Shown here in pieces: positions 11,276-27,032 of a stretch of DNA of 64,000 nt; the first letter of the stretch is position 1, and each line of letters begins with the position of its first letter. This stretch comes from the human T2T-CHM13v2.0 reference genome, Homo sapiens. The stretch lies in NCBI RefSeq assembly GCF_009914755.1, contig NC_060947.1, one strand, 5' to 3'. The position numbers were made by a program, and so were the translations under genes. The notes under the pieces were generated by a model. It ran no database searches and was not told the origin of the DNA. It was given only the letters and a program-made list of their open reading frames with translations.

Positions 11276-12292
11276 ATGGGGAAAAAACAGAACAGAAAAA
11301 CTGGAAACTCTAAAACGCAGAGTGCCTCTCCTCCTCCAAAGGAACGCAGTTCCTCACCAGCAACGGAACAAAGCTGGATGGAGAATGATTTTGACGAGCT
11401 GAGAGAAGAAGGCTTCAGACGATCAAATTACTCTGAGCTACGGGAGGACATTCAAACCAAAGGCAAAGAAGTTGAAAACTTTGAAAAAAATTTAGAAGAA
11501 TGTATAACCAGAATAACCAATACAGAGAAGTGCTTAAAGGAGCTGATGGAGCTGAAAACCAAGGCTCGAGAACTACGTGAAGAATGCAGAAGCCTCAGGA
11601 GCCGATGCGATCAACTGGAAGAAAGGGTATCAGCGATGGAAGATGAAATGAATGAAATGAAGCGAGAAGGGAAGTTTAGAGAAAAAAGAATAAAAAGAAA
11701 TGAGCAAAGCCTCCAAGAAATATGGGACTATGTGAAAAGACCAAATCTACGTCTGATTGGTGTACCTGAAAGTGATGCGGAGAATGGAACCAAGTTGGAA
11801 AACACTCTGCAGGATATTATCCAGGAGAACTTCCCCAATCTAGCAAGGCAGGCCAACGTTCAGATTCAGGAAATACAGAGAACGCCACAAAGATACTCCT
11901 CGAGAAGAGCAACTCCAAGACACATAATTGTCAGATTCACCAAAGTTGAAATGAAGGAAAAAATGTTAAGGGCAGCCAGAGAGAAAGGTCGGGTTACCCT
12001 CAAAGGGAAGCCCATCAGACTAACAGCGGATCTCTCGGCAGAAACCCTACAAGCCAGAAGAGAGTGGGGGCCAATATTCAACACTCTTAAAGAAAAGAAT
12101 TTTCAACCCAGAATTTCATATCCAGCCAAACTAAGCTTCATAAGTGAAGGAGAAATAAAATACTTTACAGACAAGCAAATGCTGAGAGATTTTGTCACCA
12201 CCAGGCCTGCCCTAAAAGAGCTCCTGAAGGAAGCGCTAAACATGGAAAGGAACAACCGGTACCAGCCGCTGCAAAATCATGCCAAAATGTAA
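11276..12292 (+). CDS. L1 ORF1: L1 ORF1p (RNA-binding chaperone), intact 338 aa
   Basis: MGKKQNRKTGNSK... coiled coil, RRM and CTD with REKG, ARR and YPAKLS motifs; full length. Confidence 0.97.
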   Translation: MGKKQNRKTGNSKTQSASPPPKERSSSPATEQSWMENDFDELREEGFRRSNYSELREDIQTKGKEVENFEKNLEECITRITNTEKCLKELMELKTKARELREECRSLRSRCDQLEERVSAMEDEMNEMKREGKFREKRIKRNEQSLQEIWDYVKRPNLRLIGVPESDAENGTKLENTLQDIIQENFPNLARQANVQIQEIQRTPQRYSSRRATPRHIIVRFTKVEMKEKMLRAAREKGRVTLKGKPIRLTADLSAETLQARREWGPIFNTLKEKNFQPRISYPAKLSFISEGEIKYFTDKQMLRDFVTTRPALKELLKEALNMERNNRYQPLQNHAKM

Positions 12293-12355
12293 AGACCATC
12301 GAGACTAGGAAGAAACTGCATCAACTAACGAGCAAAATCACCAGCTAACATCATA

Positions 12356-16175
<3,820 letters not shown>

Positions 16176-16914
16176 ACAATGAGATCACATGGACACAGGA
16201 AGGGGAATATCACACTCTGGGGACTGTGGTGGGGTGGGGGGAGGGGGGAGGGATAGCATTGGGAGATATACCTAATGCTAGATGACGAGTTAGTGGGTGC
16301 AGCGCACCAGCATGGCACATGTATACATATGTAACTAACCTGCACATTGTGCACATGTACCCTAAAACTTAAAGTATAATAAAAAAAAAAAGAAAAGTAA
16401 AAAAAAAAAAAAAAAATTTCTGTTTGAAAGATAAATGTTTATTTGCATAAAAGTTGACCAGAAGGTGTTAAATTGTTTAAATGTGATTGAGAATGAGAAC
16501 GCTATGTGCCATCATTTTCAGGATAACTCACAGTTCCTAACTGTACTAATTGAAATGACATGTGACAATGCAACTAAAATGGTAAATAATCGACTTGATA
16601 ATTATAATTTTGCTTAGGAAGAAAACAGCTCCCTAAACTAAGATAAGAAGAAGATATTCAGCCTCTCCAAAGTTATAAATCTTGGGGCTGGCAACAAGGG
16701 ACACATGTATGTGTTTTAAACAATCTCAGAGCTAGGAAATAAGGAGAGGTTTGACAAATTTTTCCTCCCTTGAAACTTCAGTAAAAGATGGAGAAATATC
16801 ATGAAAGATTTTTAAAGTTACAGTCGTGGGGAAGGTCTCAAAAAATAATGCTAGTGAGAAAAACAAGTATCAAAGTGGGTTAGTAGAGAATCAGGCACTC
16901 TTGCACTGTCAGCC

Positions 16915-17245
16915 TGTTTTAGTCTGCTCAGGCTGCCATTACAAAATACCATAGACTGGGTGACTTAAACAACAGACATTTATTCTCTCACAGTTCTGGA
17001 GGTTAGAAGTCCAAAATCAAGGTTCTGGCTGATTTGATTGTGTGCCCAGGGACAGAAAAAGAGAGAAAGTGAGCTCTAGTGTCTTTCTTATAAGGACACT
17101 AATCCTATTAGATCAGGGCTCCACCCATATGCCACATTTAACTTTATTTACTTCCGTAAAGGTCCCATTTCCAAATACAGCCATACTGGGGGTTAGCGCT
17201 TCAACATATGAGTTTTGCGGGGACATGAACATTCAGTTCATAAGA
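16915..17245 (-). mobile_element. MLT1A-like MaLR solo LTR
   Basis: tgttttagtctgctcaggctgccattacaaaataccatagactgggtgacttaaacaacag...cttcaacatatga...acattcag. Confidence 0.85.
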
Positions 17246-17682
17246 CAGTCCAAAAGAGGAGTGAGTGGAGGGACAGACTCACTGGGAGACTGGGGGCAGG
17301 ACGGGGTGAGGTGTCCTGGTCTGTATGCAGGCCTAGCTGAGAACTACTCTGAGAAACAGAAGTCCCTTGAACTACCCATCACCCACCTGGCAATAAGGAA
17401 ACCTGATAGTGGGGAGGAAAGGCTGCAAACCTGGATAAGAAGATGCTGTGAGGCCAAATTGTGGGCTAGCTGAGCCCACCCCTAACCCATGCAGAGCTGA
17501 TTAAGCCTGAGACTAGGGTGTAATGGACCACCCAGCTGGAGACCAGTGGTGTCACTTGGAAAAAGTGACAGAAAAAAGGTCTTGGCAGTACCAAACAGAA
17601 ACTTCAGGTAGAAGTGTTTTCATTCCCTAAATGAAGGTCTAAGAAGACAAGCAAACTGTAAGCCTCTAAAATTGCCAGTTCC

Positions 17683-17974
17683 AGCTGGGGTAGTGGCTTA
17701 CGACTATAATCCCAGCACTTTGGGAAGCCGAGGTGGGAGGATCGCTTTAGCAATAGGAATTTGAGAACAACCTGGAAAACATAGACCCCGTCTCTACAAA
17801 AAAATAAAAACCTTAGCCAGGCATGGTGGCATGTGCTTGCAGTCACAGCTACTTAGGGGGCTGAAGGGGGAGGATCGCTTGAGCCTAGGAGGTCGAGGCT
17901 ACAGTGAGCAGTGATCACGCCACTGCACTCCAGCCTGAGCAACAAAGCAACACCCTGTCTCAACAACAACAAAA
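17683..17974 (+). mobile_element. AluJ
   Basis: Dimeric Alu with J-type ggaggatcgcttgagcc...ggtcgaggct; degenerate TSD aaaattgccagttcc / aaaatgccaattcc. Confidence 0.92.
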
Positions 17975-18070
17975 TGCCAATTCCTAGGAATCACTTGGGT
18001 AGGAGATACCTGGGACATTTAAACATGTCTAAGGTTATGTTAATAAGGATACAGAGGTTAGCTTAAAAAG

Positions 18071-18250
18071 CAGGGTTCCCCAACTACAGGCATTTTGGGC
18101 TGGATAGTTCTTTGATATAGGGGTCTGTCCTGGGCATTGTAGAACATTTAGCAGCATCCGTGGCCTCCACCCACTAGATGCCAGTAGCACCACTCCCCAA
18201 GTTTTGACCACCAAAAATGTCTCCAGATATAGCCAGTGTTGAGAACCTCT
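18071..18250. mobile_element. MER20 hAT-Charlie element
   Basis: cattttgggctggata...agcagcatccgtggcctccacccactagatgccagtagcac...aaaaatgtctccaga...gttgagaacctctg. Confidence 0.88.
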
Positions 18251-20059
18251 GGCCTAAAGAGAGGGCTGCTAGTGACCTAATAGAGACAATTTATACGCCC
18301 TAATAAAACGACCATTTACAGAATTAACTGAAATGCTAAATGAAGTCATAAGACCATGGCAATGCTGAAAAGGAAGCCATCATATAATATGCCCCAGGAA
18401 AAAGTCAAGCCACTGTGAGTCAGTTTCTTTCAAAAATGGGAGGGATTGACAAATTGTTCAATTAGAGAAAACGTTACCAAAACAAAAAAAAAAAAAAAAG
18501 AAAAAGTTACAATTAAATAATTATTTAGTTTTGTAATTTAGTTCTTTCACTGGATAGTTATTGTAGTGTGCCTGAAATGTCAAACATCCACACATTCACA
18601 CTCATAAATATAATAATTTGACAGTGCAAAATTAATAACTCTGAGGTCAAGTTATGGAATAAGGAGTATAACTCAGACAAGTCGGAAGCCTCAGTACTTT
18701 GGGGGATTACTTTGGGAAACTGATCTTCACTTTGTCAGGTCTTGCTGTAAATTCTTGAATGTGCACTGGTATTTTTATATTATTTGCACCTGATGACTCT
18801 CAAAAGTCAAGCAGTACATCGCCAGTAAGGTGTAAAATTGTGCAGGGAGAGCTTTTCATGGCACCCCACCTCAGTTCCATGTCTCTGTGTGGAACTTTGG
18901 GGGAGCTGGGATATTACACTTTTAGCGGGGAGCATGATGTGGTAGCTTCTGTTTTCCGTAGCTACCTCCATAAATTTTTATGTCTTTTGCTATTGAAGAA
19001 ACTTTGCGCCTTCTACAACAATGTCTGTTAGTGTCTTTCTGTCAATCATATCACTGTCCTGTTGTGATGACTGAGCAGGTGCCTTTTTTATCCTGTAGTG
19101 TTGTGTATTAGACATTAGGAATTGCAGAAATGAGACTTAAATTTGCACCAGTCTCTTGTATTTCCCTTTGGATTTTTCTCCTCCTTTTATCTTTGGGGTC
19201 ATCAGAGGACCCCTGTGTAGTCACATTACTTTCTTTAGATTCCTCTCTCTTTTTTAAAAATTTCCCCTTAATCTAATTTCTTATTATATTATAAAATTTA
19301 TAAAACTGCTCATCTCTCTTGAACACCTTTTAGAAACCTTGATTGTGAGATTATAACCACATTCTATCTGATATTTTAAGAATAAAGTCCCAGGGTACCT
19401 TTATTTCTATTGCCAATATTGCATTTTTAGAAACTCCTAGATCCTGAGGCTATATATATCTATATATACTCCAAGAAGATTACTTACTTCCAAAGTTTCT
19501 GTTGTACTCATTTTAAGAACTCTATTGGCCTAGTTGGTGAGAATGAAGCCCAGAGTAATAGTTCATCTTGATAGTTCCTCTACATGCAGATACAGCATTG
19601 TCAGTGAGAAAAGTCAAGTATGTGTCAAATACTTAGTTGAATGATAACTTATTTAGATATAAATACCTTGCCTCCAAAACAGATATAGAAATGGTATTAG
19701 GAAAGCACAGTCTATTTATGATGAATTCATAATTGCTGAAATGCTTTTTATTCTGTTTTAAGCTTATATACTGACATAATTTCAGACCTATATAAAAGTT
19801 GCTAAAATAGTACAAACATACACCCTTCATCCAGATGCCATGAATGTTAACATTTCAACACATTTGCTGTGTCTATATGAATCATTTTAAACAAAAGACA
19901 CAGGCTGAAATACAAGATGCTCCTAGAGATGTGCAAACTATGACCACAAATATTGCCTCTTTATCCCTTCACACAAACCTCCTACCAGCCACACAGCCAG
20001 ACATGGACAGTTTCCTAGTTGCCCCTTTCCTCTTACATTAGATGCATGGATCTGCCTCC

Positions 20060-20180
20060 CTCAGTAGATATCTTACCACCTTGGAGAGCAGGAACTACCT
20101 ATTATTTATCTCTCAATCCTTAGCCTGCTATTCAGTGCCCAGCACATTGTAAAGGTACTCAGTGTGTGTGGAATAAATTT
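20060..20180 (+). mobile_element. L2 3' end fragment
   Basis: ccttggagagcagg...cagtgcccagcaca...aggtactca...gaataaat. Confidence 0.55.
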
Positions 20181-20740
20181 TTCCTTTTATATGGATGGGT
20201 TTGTCATTTTTGTTTGTTTGTTTTAATATTGGTTTGCCTCTAAAACAGATGTTCCCTTTTGTCCTCAAGTTCTTCCAGTAAATATAGACCTGTAGGCATA
20301 CAAAGCCATAGCTGAAACTTTTAGGTCCAGAATCTATGAGGATGGTGCTAGAATATGTGGGCATGGGAAACAATTCTCATTCAAGAAAGAGCAAGTGTTT
20401 TGATGATGTTCCAGAATCCCCCCACAACCTTTTTTTTTTTAAAGACAGTTCAACAGGATAGCAAAGTTATAGAAGTGTAATAGATTATCATGTGTTTGAA
20501 TAGAGTAGTATTGCTAGTTAACAAAAACCTGAAGGTTTGGCACATTCAACAGTGAGCTTTTAACCTAGTCATTACAGTTCGGATTATGGAATGAGAGCCA
20601 ATTAGATTACACATGCGGATATTCAAATATTAAAATATTGGGTGAAAATAGTATGGATCTAGCTGATGAAATCATGGGCTAAAGAAGTGACTGGACCACA
20701 AATAGAAATGCCAGATTTAAAAAGATCTATCTATTCACTC

Positions 20741-21049
<309 letters not shown>

Positions 21050-21075
21050 AGCCATCCACTCTTTTAATAGACGTC

Positions 21076-21581
21076 TGTTATAATCGTAACTTCCTATTAT
21101 CTTTTGAAAAGTTTTTCTACATTTGAGGAAACCCCCACCTGTGATTCCTGTGTGTAGAAGTCCGAATTCAAATTACCAGCCTCCTTTACAGCAAGCAATG
21201 TGACTTAGACTCCATGAATCAGATATATCTATGACAGATTTAAATTTTGAAATAAACAAAAAAGTGAAACAATCTTGGCATGAAGTTTCTGTTTGTGCCA
21301 GCACAGATAATAGCCAGGGCACTTGCAACCTTGAGTGCCTGATGTGGAAGTAGCACTGTGGCTGGCCGCAGTAATGGTAGAAGTAAAGTCAAACTTTTGG
21401 CATTTTAGTGCTTAGCAGGGGCAGTAGAGGTGGTTTATTCTCAGGCCAATTCTGGGATATATTTTTTTACCATTTCTCAAGGAAATAATTATTTTAGTTA
21501 CCTAATACCTTTATTTTTACCTTTAAATCTGTTACAGTTAAAACAACCGAAGTAGATTATTTGTTTGCAACTGCCTAATAC
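21076..21581 (+). mobile_element. ERVL-class LTR (LTR33-like)
   Basis: TG...CA ends, ccagcctcctttacagc...atgtgacttag, and 3' end gtagatt...tgtttgcaact...aataca. Confidence 0.5.
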
Positions 21582-22238
21582 ACTATTAGAGATAATTCCC
21601 ACTAAAAGGAGGAATGTAATCAACAATCAAGATTGAAGGTATCAATAAATAGGAAGAGTAAATACAGTCTTTAAGAAAAGCAAATACTGCAGAAACTTAA
21701 ATGGAATCACAGCATTCTTGGGTAGCTCATATTTGGTTGACTCCTTGGCTCTTACCTCATGCTCACTTTGAATTCATAGTTGGCCCTTCATAGAGTGCAC
21801 CAAGACAGAACCAACTCTACAACACATGATTGGAAGTGGATATTTTCTTGAGGATTTCATGGACACATAAAGGGGAGGTTGCATTCTACCATCTTAAAAT
21901 GTTACACTGTGTTACTGTTAAACATCCCTATTCCATTCCCAAAGTCCTTATCTAGCTGACAAAAAAGATAAGAGGGTTGGATTCTGGTATCAAGAACATA
22001 AGGAAATTTTAACTACATTCTAAAAGGGGAGAGTGCCTTGAAAGTACACTTCCCATAGAATAAGCACCATATACTTACAAGTTCCTTTCCTTTAAAGACT
22101 TTGGAGAATCTCTTAGAACTCGTTATCAATTTTTAGGGAAAATGGGAACATAGGCATCAATAATTGTGGAGAAATGGCAAAGAAGAAAGCAGAAGCTGTT
22201 CTTTGTCTCAGTACACTGTTGTTTGCCTCTTTCAGTAC

Positions 22239-22272
22239 ATGTGTTTGTGTGTGTGTGTGCATGCATGTGTGC
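22239..22272. repeat. Short imperfect (TG)n microsatellite
   Basis: atgtgtttgtgtgtgtgtgtgcatgcatgtgtgc. Confidence 0.8.
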
Positions 22273-24215
22273 GCTAAGCAGGGATAGAAAGGTTACACAG
22301 AAGCGTTTAAGTGGCCATGGACCAGTGTACTTTCTGTGAATTCTCCTGGAAATTCTCCCAATTATTTACATGTTCCATGCTAACGGGCTTGCCCATCACA
22401 GCCCTCTGGAAGAGCGGACTCTGGTCCTTTATAAGAGCCAGAGAGTGTCTCTATTCCCTGGAGCTGACTGCCTCTGTTTGTTTTCATTAGTGGAAATGAA
22501 AACAAATGGAGTCCCTAGGTGCCCTAGGCAGAAGGGATGCTGTGCACCCACACTGCTGCTGCCTGCAGACTTCTAAGCTCATTCAGAAACCTTGCCAAGA
22601 GAGGATTGCTTCTGCCATGGCTCTCCCCTTCAGGGCCTCGGGACACGTTATTTTGAATTATATCAGAAGAGGAGACTGTTGGCCAATTAAAATGCAGCAC
22701 TACTACTAACTTATTTCCAACCGAATGAAAGCTATGTAGAATCAGTCTCCTCAGATATTACCATTTCTAGGTGAATGCTGAATACTTGCTTCCTCAGCCT
22801 GAATTTAGCCACCATCCTCATACAACACTCAAGCTCTATTGCTGTCTATGGAATTTTGCATGAACAAAGGATCTCATAAATAGTCACAGTGATTTGTTGG
22901 AATTTGTGTTTACAAAAGTTTTTTTCCTGCTTTGCAAACTCAGGCTCAGATCTGCAGCATTGTAAAGCTGTTTGCCCTCAACAGATGTTCTGCCTCTTGC
23001 TGGCTGTGTTATTGGCTGCACTCATTTGCCTCACTCTGCTATTCACTTCCATAACACAGCCTGGAAATGTTATTTCTCCTCTCCCCTGTACAACCCTCTC
23101 TACTAGTGACTTGTCCACTGCTTCACTCCTGAAACCACAGCTACTGAGCTCTGTATCCTCCTCTGTATTGCAGTCATTTCTGCTTCCATGGCTCTTCACA
23201 GTTGGACACTAAAAGCAGTGATGACTAATGCCTTCATTTTTTCTCTTGACATCATCTCCCCATGTTTAAGCTTTTCTGTCACAGTGGGAGACAGCACCAC
23301 TAGAAAAATTCGGTCACCCAGCAAGGATGTCTTAGAGTAATGTTGACCCTTCCCTCTCTTTTGTTTCTTTAGTATTTTAAGCAATCTCTATATGCTGCTG
23401 AAATGTGTTTACTCTAATCTTTATCATCTTATCCATTATTGTAGTCAAATACCTAGTCCTATCTCTAATCCAACCTGTTGTAATAGTATCCTCACTGAAC
23501 ATCACATCTGGGGCTATAATTCAACAAATGTTTACTGAGAAATGAGGAAACATTTATTGAGAAGTTGCTTCTGTATGTAGACTCCCTTTTTGTCCATATT
23601 CTCAAGCTTCTGGAGAAGTGATTTTTTTGTTTCACACAGACAAGTAACTCCTTTCTTATTTTCCTCCAAAGGGTTATGCCATTGGACCCTTTGGTCCTCT
23701 TGGAGGACCTCTTGGAGAGGTACCTTTGAGCATCAAAGATGAAAATAAGAGGATGAGCATATTATTTAAAGAGGGGGTTATCTGAGACAAGTCATAGCTC
23801 TGTGACAAGTCAACAGTACCTGGGTGTCAGTGGACCCTAAGGTAGTTTGCCTATGGTGAGTTGTGAAATTTGACAGTGTGTTATAAATCAAGTGTTTTCC
23901 CTGATTAATAAACTGTCTCTTGTATTCTGTGCCAAGCACTGTGTTTGAGGCTGTGGGAGATACAAAGATGTGGAGATGAGGTTTCTTCCTCTACTTATTT
24001 ATTGTGAGTTCCCACTTTGACTAGGATCTCCACCCCTCTCTCCAGCAGCCACCTGCACAGACAAGCCTATAGCAGCTGCAAGAAGGGGCAGAGAGTTAGG
24101 AGGGTCAGTGTGACACCACAAGCCGCCCACTAAAGATATCAACATCCAGTCTAATGTTCTGTGGGGTTCTGAACACCTTAGTGTCTCTCCATTGTCCTCA
24201 CTCTCTATGAATCTA

Positions 24216-25162
24216 AGTAGTTCTCAAGCCTGGGTGCACATTAGAATTATTGGGAAACTTAAAAAATAGATATAAAATCTAAAATTGTTAAAATGATAAG
24301 TATTATGTTGTGTATATTTAAGATAAGATATATATAGAATAAGATACATATAAGATAAAAAATGTAGTGGGCCTTCAGGCCTCAGTAATTCCTTCAGGAG
24401 GTGGAGCATAACTTTCCACTCCAATTGTGGGCTGCCCATTGTGTGACTTTCTTCCAAAGGGTACAATATGGAAAGTGGGGTAAGTATATAATGAAGAAAC
24501 CTGCCAAACCTCAGCCAGGTGATCAAGGATCTCAACAGTGATAAGATATGTTGATAACATGTGCCATTGGAATGTGGTAGAAATGGTACTTTTCTCCTGT
24601 AGTCTTTCTCTCCAAAATCTGTAACTCAAATCTAATCATGAGAAAAACATCAGAAAACTCCCAATTGAGGGACAGTCTAGAAAATACCTAACCAGCAATC
24701 CTCAAAACTGTCAAGGTCATCAAAAATAAGGAAAGTATGAGAAACTGTCACAATCAAGAGGAGCCTAAAGAGACATGACAACTATGGGATCCTGATACAG
24801 AAAAAGAACATTAGGTAAAAATCAAGAAAATCTGAGTAAAGCATGGACATTAGTCAATAATAATGTATCAATATTGGCTCATAATTTTCCCAAGTGTCCC
24901 ATAGTAATATAAGATGTTAATAATAGGGGATAATAATAAGCTGGGTGTGGGGTATATAGGAACTCTCTGTACTATTATTTCAATAATTCTATCAATCTAA
25001 AGCTGTTCTAAAAGAAAGAAGTTTATTAAATAAATAAATAAATATGCTTGGCTCTTACCCCAAGTAAATACAATCTATATCTTTGCATGGGGGGGTCTGG
25101 GAAACTTTTATTACAAGCTCTCCAGGTGATTTTGATGCACAGTGGGGTTTAAAAACCACTGG
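24216..25162. mobile_element. MER5A-like DNA element split by an L1MC/MD insertion (pieces ~24216-24268 and ~25042-25162)
   Basis: agtagttctcaa...tgcacattagaat on the left; ctccaggtgattttgatgcac...aaaaaccactg on the right. Confidence 0.75.
24270..25041 (+). mobile_element. L1MC/L1MD 3'UTR fragment
   Basis: ccaggtgatcaagg...ctaatcatgagaaaaacatcaga...cccaattgagggaca...cctcaaaactgtcaaggtcatcaaaaa, ending in (aaat)n. Confidence 0.85.
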
Positions 25163-26149
25163 TTCACCTGGCCCTGCCCCTGCAGTCAAGATTCTGATGT
25201 AAGCCTGCTGTCTCATTTCACCTGCTTTTGCCTTCCTCAGCTCTTACAAGTAAATTTATTGATGGGCCTCCTTTCTTGGCCCAGGTCTAGCTTGTTTTCT
25301 GGGTCAAATCTGAGCAGGCCAAGATATCCAGCTTATAATGGGAGTGAGCTCAGGCTGGGGCTGGACATTTTCTTCCCTTACCCCGCATAGACTTGAGACA
25401 ATGTTCAGTACTCCCTGGCTCCTCACAGCCAGCAATGACCCAGTGTGTAGGAATGTGCTTTTATGTTAATTCTTCTCCGTGGTCTCTTTGGGGAAACTGT
25501 TCCTACCAAGATTTCCTCTTGTGTAGGGGCCTCATACCTCTTATGTGGAGACCTTACCTTTGTTAATTTTCTTTCTTGAAGACTTTGTGCCCTCTCCTTG
25601 GTCACTGATTAGACACTGATGGGGGTATAAAGAGGCTCTAAATGACTCTGCCTAAATCTCATGTCACTGACTTTCAGTTTTCTGAAAGTTTTTCCTTTCG
25701 TGCTTCATCTGCCAGGTTAGACCTCCTGAGCCCTGTGCCATGAACTGCCCAACATTCTATCTCAAGCTCTGCAGCCTCTGGGTAAGGTTCTCCAGTCTAT
25801 ACCTAAATGTTAGAAATGATCCTAGCTCAACTTCATCTTGCTGGCCCTCTTTTGCTCACCATAATACATTGAGACTTGAATCCACTGCCATTATGACAAC
25901 AGCCCTTCTGCCAAGTCAAACTTCCCTTTCTCTTCACATTCAATTTGTACCTCTAATGGATCTGCCACCCTGATATCCAAATACATGAGTCTGGGAGCAG
26001 CACTCTCACATCTACTGCTCTCCACTAAAACTTCTTTCTTATCCCACACTTATCCCATTCTGCTAGATTTCATCTATATATTCGCTTTGCTCTTTCTTTC
26101 TGCCATTGCCTGTGGAATTTTTTCAGTTCTTCTTCCTTGCCTCACCAAT

Positions 26150-26412
26150 ATCATCACCAGGCAAATGAAGAAAATCTGAAATTTGAAAAACAGACAAAAA
26201 CAAACAGAAAGAAAGAATTTAGAAGAAACAGACAATATAGGAAGTAGAAGAAAACTTAAAAGAGAAATAAAAACCTCTAACTATTATCCTAAAAGTGATG
26301 AGAAACTATTTCATCCATGAAACATAAATAAAATGGTATATTAAAAATGTAAAAATAAGAGAGTTCTTAGAAGTTAAAATTTGATACAGAAAATTTAAAA
26401 CACCATTAGAAA
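26150..26412 (+). mobile_element. HAL1/ancient L1 ORF1-like fragment
   Basis: A-rich strand with tatcct...catccatgaaaca...agagagttcttagaagttaaaa, resembling HAL1. Confidence 0.5.
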
Positions 26413-26712
26413 AGGTGTTTGTTTGGTTTTTGTTTGTGCTTTCACTTCTGGGTGGGAACTTGATAGGTACCCTTGACTTCTTGCCTCTTTTAAATGAACA
26501 AATTAGGCAGAATATTCTTTGGCTACTGCTATTGGGTGTGTGAGGCTGCTCTGGAGTGCTTGACCAAGTACCTGGTTGGATTAATGAACCTAAGTCTACA
26601 CTGCAGGGTCATTCATATATCTGTAGGATCACCTGAGTTGGGAGGGGGTCTCAAGATCAAGATTTAGGTTGAGGATCAGAAAGTTCCCTTTTAGCCTCAA
26701 GTCCAAATCAGA

Positions 26713-26977
26713 TTTTTTTTTAAATTCCAACTTTTATTTTAAGTTCAGGGGTATATGTGTAGGATGTGCAAGTTGGTTACATAGATAAACGTGTGCCATG
26801 GTGGTTTGCTGCACAGAGCATCCCATCACCCAGGTATTAAACCCAGTATCCATTGGCTGTTCTTCCTGATCCTCTCCCTCCCACCCCCTACCCTCTGACA
26901 GACCACACTGTGTTTTTTTCCCCACTATGTGTCCATGTGTTTTCATCATTTAGCTCCGACTTATAAGTGAGAACACG
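26713..26977 (-). mobile_element. Short L1PA (about PA8-11) 3' end with no TSD
   Basis: T-tail, ttttattttaagttcagggg...gtgtgccatggtggtttgctgcac...ttataagtgagaaca. The left flank is not repeated on the right. Confidence 0.88.
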
Positions 26978-26979
26978 TT

Positions 26980-27032
26980 GATATTACAGAGTTGAAAAAT
27001 GCAATTGACATAGATACTGCAGAGTATCTATG
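26980..27032 (+). repeat. Templated filler: 46-bp copy of 44780-44825 ending in a 10-bp hairpin
   Basis: 26980-27025 matches 44780-44825 at 45/46 positions. catagatact-gcag-agtatctatg at 27009-27032 is a perfect stem. Confidence 0.9.

Noticed and set aside
16219-16252. G-quadruplex-forming tract
   Set aside because: A standard conserved feature of L1PA 3'UTRs, not specific to this locus.
16378-16412. 3' transduction in the interrupted poly(A) tail (gaaaagt)
   Set aside because: Only a few non-A bases, equally explained by tail mutation and too short to trace.
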